DNA from: an uncultured archaeon
GTDB taxonomy: Archaea > Asgardarchaeota > Thorarchaeia > Thorarchaeales > Thorarchaeaceae
Assembly (NCBI GenBank): GCA_964354495.1
Contig: CAYHAA010000043.1
Location: forward strand, 1 to 5,902
Length of the DNA stretch: 5,902 nt
Direction of reading: 5' to 3'
The stretch's first letter is position 1. Each line of letters opens with the position of its first letter. Below the pieces are notes generated by a model. That model was given only the letters and a program-made list of their open reading frames with translations, ran no database searches and had not been told where the DNA came from. This document shows, piece by piece, positions 1 to 5,569 of this stretch. The position numbers and the translations under genes are program-made.

Positions 1-173
1 ATGCAGACATGAACGATTAGCAGTATTGTGATTGAAACAATCGACGATAGTGGGATTATGGCGAATATCGCTGATTCTATTACAAAAAAGAAAAGAAAAT
101 GGCCAACTCTCTTGGGCCATGGAGCATTGGGCAACCTCTGATGGCCTCGCTTTTCTATCTCTATGTCACTCAA
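1..173 (-). CDS. Partial hypothetical membrane protein (continues past the left edge)
   Basis: My translation from TTG at 173 is open to the edge: MSDIEIEKRGHQRLPNAPWPKRVGHFLFFFVIESAIFAIIPLSSIVSITILLIVHVC.... It has a charged N-terminus followed by a hydrophobic TM-like stretch. It is not in the ORF track and the start is uncertain. Confidence 0.4.
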   Translation of the reverse strand, partial: MSDIEIEKRGHQRLPNAPWPKRVGHFLFFFVIESAIFAIIPLSSIVSITILLIVHVC

Positions 174-246
174 ATGAAATCTTTCCTTCTGTTCCTTACT
201 TAATCTGATTTAGTAATGAGTATGAGCCAGTTCAGTATTTCATATG

Positions 247-346
247 ACCCTAGTATTTAATTCACACGTTGGTACATATTTCGGGGATGAAACGAGTGCT
301 AATCCTTGGACCTAGATTTCGCCAGAAGGAGCCCAAGAAAAACTGA
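247..346 (+). pseudogene. Remnant duplicate of the promoter and 5' end of the flaR-like gene
   Basis: 247-264 matches 3210-3227 at 17/18. 286-312 is identical to 3250-3276 over 27 nt (ATG AAA CGA GTG CTA ATC CTT GGA CC = MKRVLILGP). 309-332 matches the internal segment 3608-3631 at 19/24. The frame stops at 344-346, giving the 19-aa peptide MKRVLILGPRFRQKEPKKN. Confidence 0.75.
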
Positions 347-487
347 GGTTAGAATCAGACTACAACTACGGTTGAAATAGAGGCCGTTCACTCGACAGAG
401 AACGAAGATAGGAGTAGGAATCGAACAACTAATAGGATTAAGGATTCGACACCCTGTCTAGCTACAGATGCCTTCGACAATGATGTA

Positions 488-1285
488 TCACCTTCTTCTC
501 TTGACAAGTACTGCGATCAGAATCGTCACGATAATAGCAGACACCATTATCGTGGCATAGAGAAGCCAAGGTGTCGCTTGTCCTATGGGTACGCGAATGA
601 TATAGAAGTCCAGCAATGTGCCATTACTCAGGAAGAACATCATTCCGTCTGAGATCACCTCGGTCTCCTCTGGTTCCATATATGGCAGATTCCCCTGAGT
701 GTCGTTGGTTCTAAACATAATCTCCCAATGAGTCTCGTCAAATGATGCATTGTTGGTATACTTGTTATTCGGACCACTATATGTGGGACGCCCGTACTCT
801 CCTGACCAGAGCAGCGGCATGACAACATCATCTACAAGGATGTGATTTCTTGCACTTAGCTCCTCAACAGTCCTTCCAATTATCCTTGTCACATTATAGT
901 CTAACCACTCATCAGTGACAATCACGAAATCTTCGACTGAACCTTCGGATGAACTCAACCTGACCACTATCTCCAGAAAGACAGATCCATTGAACCCTGC
1001 AAGTATCAGTATCTCTCCTGAAACAGTGAAGTATAGGAACGATTCGGAGTAGTTTGAGAGGATCTCCGAGAAGGTTGAGTCATTCATAAGCTGTGGCCTG
1101 TACTCATACACTTCGGTTATGTTCTGGGAGAGAATCGTCACATTGCGGTCTCCTACATCAATTGTCACATTGTTATTCTCACTAGAGCAAACGCTACTGG
1201 TCATATACTGACAATACATCGGATGGGCATCGGTCTGCGGCACAGCAGCAATCAGTAATAACAATAGTATGATCAAGCACTTCAT
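488..1285 (-). CDS. Secreted, C-terminally membrane-anchored surface glycoprotein, function unknown
   Basis: 265-aa ORF with an N-terminal signal peptide (MKCLIILLLLLIAAVPQTDA) and a C-terminal TM helix plus basic tail (WLLYATIMVSAIIVTILIAVLVKRRR). It has 10 N-X-S/T sequons. A GGTGA SD-like motif overlaps the upstream gene's stop codon, 6 nt before the ATG. Confidence 0.85.
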   Translation of the reverse strand: MKCLIILLLLLIAAVPQTDAHPMYCQYMTSSVCSSENNNVTIDVGDRNVTILSQNITEVYEYRPQLMNDSTFSEILSNYSESFLYFTVSGEILILAGFNGSVFLEIVVRLSSSEGSVEDFVIVTDEWLDYNVTRIIGRTVEELSARNHILVDDVVMPLLWSGEYGRPTYSGPNNKYTNNASFDETHWEIMFRTNDTQGNLPYMEPEETEVISDGMMFFLSNGTLLDFYIIRVPIGQATPWLLYATIMVSAIIVTILIAVLVKRRR

Positions 1286-1291
1286 TGGTCA

Positions 1292-2668
1292 TCACCCGTA
1301 TGGGTCACAGAATACATTGTACGGTGGGGGCGTAGTGCAGTACTGATTCAAGCCATCGTATCCACAAATGTAATAGAAATCGTGATAACAAGCGAGTTTT
1401 CCATCAGTGTTGCTTCCGTCACCCTGATATCCATTATCATCCCCTCGCGCGTGTATCTGTACTCCAGTCCAGTAAGTAAACAATTGCTGGTAAATGTAAG
1501 AATTATTCCAAATCGCTATGCCAAAGTCCGTTAACCATGTTGGATCAGAATGAATCCAGAGGTAGCCATCCCATAGCTCACACCAAGCATGAACCATACT
1601 ACTAGATTGAGCCAGAATCAACCTCGCTGGAATCCCCATTGCCCTGCTTAGAGAGATTGTCAGAACTGCCTTTTCGTCACACACGCCTTTTAGGTCTTGA
1701 AGGACTCTCAAATCACGCAGGGTATAGTTATGATAGTCTCCGTAATCTGTGTAGATAATTGCGATTGTCACCCATTCTGTTAGCTCACGTCCACATGAAA
1801 ACGGTGTTGTGCATCCATCTGCCCATGTAGCTGCTGTAAACCTGAGATTCCAGTCTGCACAGTGCCATAGTGCATTCATAGCATTGATATTCCAACCATC
1901 ACCTGGAAGTCCTTCTAAGTAGTACAACGAGCTCGAAGACTCAGATGCCATGTTGTCCGAAGGAGGGGTGTACTGAAAATTACTGCTACCGAATATCTGG
2001 ACATATTGATAGCCCCAGTCCCATTGTAGTGACACGGAGCCTGCAACAGTCGAAGCGGCTCCTTTCAGACCAACAGTTGTTGTAGGGATTATTCCAGTTA
2101 GATAGACTGTCTTGAAGCTCGCTTTTCTCACATTAACGAATGTGTTCAGATGCAGTTCAGTACCAGGATCATAAGTGTAGAAGTTTAAGTAGAGAGATGC
2201 TGTTGTGTATCCATCATTGAATATATCATATTTTATACTGATTGCATTGCCCTGTGTCCACACTTTTGGTACAGTGACCCATACCATTACATCAGAACTC
2301 GTAAGTTCTTGTTGAACCAGCATCATTGATATCGATTCTATTTCGGAGGATTCAGGTGCAGCAATGGCAGCACTTGAACTGATATTTCCAGAGTTTCCGA
2401 GAATCCAATATATGTCACCTGCGTTCGTTGCGACTGTTACTGGTTCTCCATTTACATCCCAAAGAGTTCGTGGTACCTCAGGATAACTGTTGTTTATCGA
2501 TGCGTCTTTTAAACTGGCCTTTGAACCATTAAAGACCGGATTCTTGTCTTGAGAATTCGTCGGACAAACTAATGAACAATCAAGAGTCAAAGCGCTCGTA
2601 AGTGATGGAGTGGTGAACATTATTGATATGACCAGAACTAGAAAATAGACTCTTCTGAGTATTCTCAT
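1292..2668 (-). CDS. Secreted transglutaminase-like (cysteine protease fold) domain protein
   Basis: The C-terminal domain has the transglutaminase-like core motifs GVCDEKA (Cys), SRAMGIPARL, HAWCE (His) and WIHSDPT (Asp). The ORF is open to 2746, but ATG 2668 (MRILRRVYFLVLVISIMF, signal-peptide-like) has a GGGGGA SD-like motif at 2683-2678 and is the more likely start. Confidence 0.85.
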   Translation of the reverse strand: MRILRRVYFLVLVISIMFTTPSLTSALTLDCSLVCPTNSQDKNPVFNGSKASLKDASINNSYPEVPRTLWDVNGEPVTVATNAGDIYWILGNSGNISSSAAIAAPESSEIESISMMLVQQELTSSDVMVWVTVPKVWTQGNAISIKYDIFNDGYTTASLYLNFYTYDPGTELHLNTFVNVRKASFKTVYLTGIIPTTTVGLKGAASTVAGSVSLQWDWGYQYVQIFGSSNFQYTPPSDNMASESSSSLYYLEGLPGDGWNINAMNALWHCADWNLRFTAATWADGCTTPFSCGRELTEWVTIAIIYTDYGDYHNYTLRDLRVLQDLKGVCDEKAVLTISLSRAMGIPARLILAQSSSMVHAWCELWDGYLWIHSDPTWLTDFGIAIWNNSYIYQQLFTYWTGVQIHARGDDNGYQGDGSNTDGKLACYHDFYYICGYDGLNQYCTTPPPYNVFCDPYG

Positions 2669-3209
2669 ATTCGTTAGTCCCCCGTGCGTTTCAGATTGCG
2701 CAGGTATGCTTCCCTTGCAGAAACTAATAAAATCATCGAAAATCAATCGTCAATGAACGTTTCAGAGTGTCCACAATCAATGCAAACATACCCCTCTTTG
2801 AACGCGTATTTGCGATTCCAAACAAAACGAACTGAGATTACAATGATCCACGTTCTTGTAGGATGCTTACAATTTTCATGAACTGAGAATTATCCCGAGT
2901 ACTCAGACTGTTGCACTTTGGACATTGTTCTGATTGCTTCAAATACAATCATCTCTCTACTCACACTGAATCAGGGCTGAGAAAACATGTCTTACGAGGG
3001 CTCTTTCTACTTGTGAATAATCAACAATGACAAAATTACGAACCTTGTCGGACAAACTTGGACACTAGAGCGTTGCCCGCTTAGAAAACGGCACCGGACT
3101 TGACTCAGTGAGAACAGAGTTCATGTCAGGTCATCCTCACGGGACTACTTCAGACTGCACTACTTAGACACCTGCCCAACTTTGTCCAAGGTCTTTGCGG
3201 TTTCTGCAC

Positions 3210-3227
3210 ACCCTAGTACTTAATTCA
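3210..3227 (+). promoter_or_regulatory. Putative archaeal TATA-containing promoter element of the flaR-like gene (duplicated at 247-264)
   Basis: ACCCTAGTACTTAATTCA lies 23 nt before ATG 3251. The copy ACCCTAGTATTTAATTCA lies 22 nt before ATG 287. Motif and spacing are conserved although the spacer sequence is not, consistent with a leaderless or short-leader promoter (inference). Confidence 0.5.
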
Positions 3228-3250
3228 GTCTTTATCATCATGCCTTGATG

Positions 3251-3808
3251 ATGAAACGAGTGCTAATCCTTGGACCCAGCGGCTCAGGAAAGTCCACCCT
3301 GGGCGAAAGACTTGGTCGAATGCTCAGTGTTCCCATTATTCATTTGGACCAATGTTATTGGAAGCCGAATTGGGTATGCACTCCTGAAGATGAATGGCAG
3401 GCCAAGGTCAAGGATCTCATCGGTTCAGACGCGTGGGTCATGGATGGGAACTATACATCGACCCTCAGTCTTCGTGCCTCCGCTGCAGACACCATCATCT
3501 TCATTGATGTTCCTCGAAGGTTGTCGTACCTCCGCATATTCACCAGGTTTCTCAGATTTCGAGGCAGCACAAGACCGGACCTTACTGAAGACTGCCCAGA
3601 GAAGATAGACTTAGATTTCATCAGATGGATCTGGGACTACCCTCGCACCCGCAGACCGGCGATTCTGAGGTTTCTGGAGAAACAGAAGGCGACGAAGAAC
3701 GTGTTTGTCCTTCGGGGTCAACGGGAGACTGAAGCATTCCTTCGCACTCTTAGAAGTAGAGATGGCGGAGAGTTGTCGGGCCGTCACTCCCTTGAGAGTT
3801 CCAGCTGA
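3251..3808 (+). CDS. flaR: FlaR-like DNA topology modulation protein / adenylate-kinase-like P-loop protein
   Basis: Walker A motif ILGPSGSGKST, plus HLDQCYWKPNW, WVMDGNY, ADTIIFID and RPDLTEDCPEKIDLDFIRWIWDY, which are characteristic of the FlaR family. The start could be 3245, 3248 or 3251. The duplicate at 287 supports 3251. Confidence 0.85.
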   Translation: MKRVLILGPSGSGKSTLGERLGRMLSVPIIHLDQCYWKPNWVCTPEDEWQAKVKDLIGSDAWVMDGNYTSTLSLRASAADTIIFIDVPRRLSYLRIFTRFLRFRGSTRPDLTEDCPEKIDLDFIRWIWDYPRTRRPAILRFLEKQKATKNVFVLRGQRETEAFLRTLRSRDGGELSGRHSLESSS

Positions 3809-3875
3809 TACTAGTAGTACGCGCAATCTACAGACCTTAAGACTATAAGGAAATAGAGCATAGTATGGATGGGGG

Positions 3876-4427
3876 TTGATAGTGAAGCGCCTGTCGCGAT
3901 TTCAGGGACTTCTTGTTGCGGGCCTGCTCCTAGTTCTTGCCGGGAGTTTCCTGCCTATTCGTTTCCCAATCTGGAGCAGTCAGAGCACTCTTGAGATGGG
4001 CCTCGCCCCTCAGGATAACATCGATATTCCAGTGAGCATACCGCATGGTTGGTCACTCTGGATCAATGTCATATTCGATGACTCAGCCGTTCCAGAGGAC
4101 TGTTGGGTATGGACGCAGGTAGACTACCGATACCCGACAAAGTACATTGGCGAGACTGCAATCCGCCTCGAGGGTCAGCGCGAAGTGAGCTTCACCTTCG
4201 GCTGGGAGAATGTGCGCCTCATTCCTATCTTCGTCACTGGGTTCATGGTCAGGCTGTTCTACCTTGGTTCAGAGACCGTCACCGTCAATGTCACTATCAG
4301 TAGCCTGGCAACCGTAGCCACTGTGGTGGGTCTTGGCCTCATCCTTGTCTCTGTCTTGGTCACCATAGCTCCGGTCATGATGAACATGTTTGGTGGGTGG
4401 AGAACTAAGGAACAACTGATGAAATAA
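3876..4427 (+). CDS. Hypothetical membrane protein with N- and C-terminal TM helices
   Basis: 183-aa ORF with hydrophobic GLLVAGLLLVLAGSFLP and VATVVGLGLILVSVLVTIAPV flanking a beta-rich soluble region. A G-rich SD-like GGGGG lies upstream. The start is TTG 3876 or GTG 3882. Confidence 0.75.
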   Translation: MIVKRLSRFQGLLVAGLLLVLAGSFLPIRFPIWSSQSTLEMGLAPQDNIDIPVSIPHGWSLWINVIFDDSAVPEDCWVWTQVDYRYPTKYIGETAIRLEGQREVSFTFGWENVRLIPIFVTGFMVRLFYLGSETVTVNVTISSLATVATVVGLGLILVSVLVTIAPVMMNMFGGWRTKEQLMK

Positions 4428-4539
4428 TGGTCGGAGTGGCAGGACTCTCAGCAGTCCTAGAGTTCGTGATTGATTGTCTACGACACACTCCTTCATTGTG
4501 AATGACCCGCTCATCAGAATAATGCATTACCAATCAGTA

Positions 4540-4550
4540 ATCCTTTTAAC
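4540..4550 (+). promoter_or_regulatory. Putative TATA box of tRNA-Tyr
   Basis: TTTTAA at 4544-4549, about 29 nt upstream of the mature tRNA 5' end at 4578. Confidence 0.5.
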
Positions 4551-4615
4551 GAGATATTCAAGACTCCATGCCGGAATCGGGATGTAGCTCAACCTGGCAG
4601 AGCTATGGACTGTAG

Positions 4616-4645
4616 AAGGCTCGGCTTTGGTCGTTGCCTGGAGAG
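4616..4645 (+). other. tRNA intron 1 (canonical 37/38, 30 nt, relaxed BHB)
   Basis: The central helix CTGT(4610-13)/GGAG(4640-43) has one G:G mismatch. The 3-nt bulges are AGA and AGA. The outer helix is AGGC(4617-20)/GCCT(4636-39). Confidence 0.9.
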
Positions 4646-4667
4646 ATCCATTGGTTGCCGGTTCAAA

Positions 4668-4697
4668 GGCTTTCGCAATTCCTGCGATGACTGAATG
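4668..4697 (+). other. tRNA intron 2 (non-canonical T-loop position 59/60, 30 nt, BHB)
   Basis: The central helix TTCA(4662-65)/TGAA(4692-95) is perfect. The 3-nt bulges are AAG and TGT. The intron hairpin is TCGCA(4673-77)/TGCGA(4683-87). Confidence 0.9.
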
Positions 4698-4714
4698 TCC
4701 GGCCATCCCGACCA

Positions 4715-4727
4715 TTTTTCCTTTTTC
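4715..4727 (+). terminator. Oligo-T archaeal terminator of tRNA-Tyr
   Basis: TTTTTCCTTTTTC immediately follows the CCA end. Confidence 0.65.
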
Positions 4728-4774
4728 GTCATGACTTAACAGCAATGGACTGTAGCTGACCTGTTTCTTACATG

Positions 4775-4881
4775 TGAGTGAACATCAACTGTAAGCAACT
4801 TCTGTGTTCTGTCCTTACTCAACCTGATGTCGCCATCAATCTCAGGTGTCATCCTGAAACTAGTCGAGTCATTGTCCAATC
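4775..4881 (-). ncRNA. Putative TnpB omegaRNA scaffold / IS200-IS605 right end, copy 1
   Basis: 107 nt directly after the tnpB stop, colinear without indels with 5463-5569 (73/107 identical; 53/63 in the 3'-most part). It has covarying stems and a GCGA tetraloop hairpin, and ends ...GATGTTCACTCA. The true 5' boundary may extend into the CDS. Confidence 0.7.
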
Positions 4882-5365
4882 TCATTGGAAAGCAATCCCT
4901 CCAATAGACCTGACGTCTTTATCCTGCTTCACTACTGATTCATCATTAACAGCAGCAGAAATGGTTTCCACAGTCTTTCCACGCATGGTCATTCTCACCC
5001 TTCCTGATTTCTTCACTGAATCTAAGAAAATCCGTTTGGATGTGGTGAGAGGCTGCGGACTCTCTAGAACCTGATGATTGTTCAATAACAGAGAGTAAGG
5101 ACTTCCCTCGAGGTTTTCTCCCTTGGATTTTCGGTCGTGGACTCTTTGCCTTTTGGACTGCATCATTCCACTTACCTTGTCCTCTCATAGAGTGAAGCGA
5201 ATCTGTGAGCGTAATGAGTCTTCCAGCGATATTGATGGATTCATTTCAGTCTGCACTCGTCTTGCGCGCGCATGAGGGGCAGATGAAAAGATTCTGTCTA
5301 GGCCGGGCTCCCTTCGGCCTGCGTTTCCAACACGTGATAGAGGTCCATGATTCTGGAATGTCATA
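4882..5365 (-). pseudogene. tnpB: 5'-truncated IS200/IS605 TnpB pseudogene (Zn ribbon, RuvC-III and long C-terminal tail), copy 1
   Basis: My translation: IPESWTSITCWKRRPKGARPRQNLFICPSCARKTSAD*NESINIAGRLITLTDSLHSMRGQGKW.... This matches the TnpB C-terminal pattern TS..C..C...F.CP.C...AD.NA..NIA.R. Lesions: Zn-ligand Cys to Arg (5323-5321), TGA at 5248-5246 right after the RuvC-III Asp, and a frameshift at about 4972-4985 joining the track ORFs 4946..5188 and 4882..5166. Confidence 0.85.
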
Positions 5366-5462
5366 CTAGTTGGTTTCTTTGCGAGTCTAGTTGAGCATCT
5401 GCAACAATCGATTACGGATTGACTTTTCGGAGCGTATCTCTTGACCTATCTCCTGCTATTGT

Positions 5463-5569
5463 TGAGTGAACATCAACCGCAAGAAACCTCTGTGTTCTAC
5501 CATTTCTTGACCTGATGTCGCCATCGCACTTTGGCACCACCCAAAGGTCAGTCAAGACTTCATCCCCAG
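5463..5569 (-). ncRNA. Putative TnpB omegaRNA scaffold / IS200-IS605 right end, copy 2
   Basis: Homolog of 4775-4881 with compensatory changes. It ends ...GATGTTCACTCA(A), followed by an unrelated flank. Confidence 0.7.

Larger units (their letters stand above)
4578..4714 (+). tRNA. tRNA-Tyr(GTA) with two introns (37/38 and 59/60) and encoded CCA
   Basis: Acceptor stem CGGGATG(4578-84)/CATCCCG(4704-10) with C1:G72 and A73, the archaeal/eukaryal Tyr identity elements, and CCA at 4712-14. D stem GCTC/GAGC. Anticodon stem ATGGA(4605-09)/TCCAT(4647-51) with GTA at 4612-14. T stem GCCGG(4657-61)/CCGGC(4699-4703) with loop TTCAAA|T. Removing 4616-4645 and 4668-4697 gives a perfect cloverleaf. Confidence 0.95.

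Noticed and set aside
99-120. Hairpin ATGGCC...GGCCAT followed by a T-run on the minus strand, resembling a terminator
   Set aside because: It falls inside the open minus-strand frame 173-><1, where the T-run encodes FLFFF of a TM segment.
2684-2881. Track ORF 2684..2881 (+), plus the overlapping short ORFs 3270..3608, 3611..3826, 4103..4303 and 4269..4514
   Set aside because: They are shadow or alternative frames of better-supported genes or of the upstream region, with no recognisable motifs.
2559-3058. 12-nt exact repeat GTCGGACAAACT at 2559-2570 and 3047-3058
   Set aside because: About one 12-mer repeat is expected by chance in 5.9 kb.
3027-3100. HTH-like peptide LSDKLGH*SVARLENG in the intergenic region
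   Set aside because: It is too short, interrupted by a stop codon and has no further support.
2829-3169. Short intergenic repeats (GAACTGAGA at 2829 and 2880; ACTACTT(C)AGAC at 3144 and 3159) as a CRISPR or operator array
   Set aside because: There are only two short copies of each, without regular repeat-spacer periodicity.
3043-3191. Imperfect inverted repeat (CCTTG-tc-GGACAAACTTGG / CCAACTTTGTCCAAGG), a MITE candidate
   Set aside because: It is short and gapped, with no target-site duplication and no second copy in the window. It is compatible with chance or a regulatory site.
4527-4745. Track ORF 4527..4745 (-)
   Set aside because: It is antisense to the tRNA-Tyr gene and spurious.
4775-4881. 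Apparent conserved peptide DGDIR...RTQ.L.VDVHS in the minus-strand 3' segments, resembling a PD-(D/E)XK or metal-binding motif
   Set aside because: It lies past the stop codon. The conservation is explained by RNA stems and covariation, not by codons.
4778-5074. Plus-strand ORFs 4778..5074 and 5515..5871, with apparent IRLD/VRLD similarity
   Set aside because: They are antisense shadows of the tnpB tails. Frame continuity with the TnpB motifs and the synonymous pattern (e.g. AGA/CGC Arg) support the minus frame.
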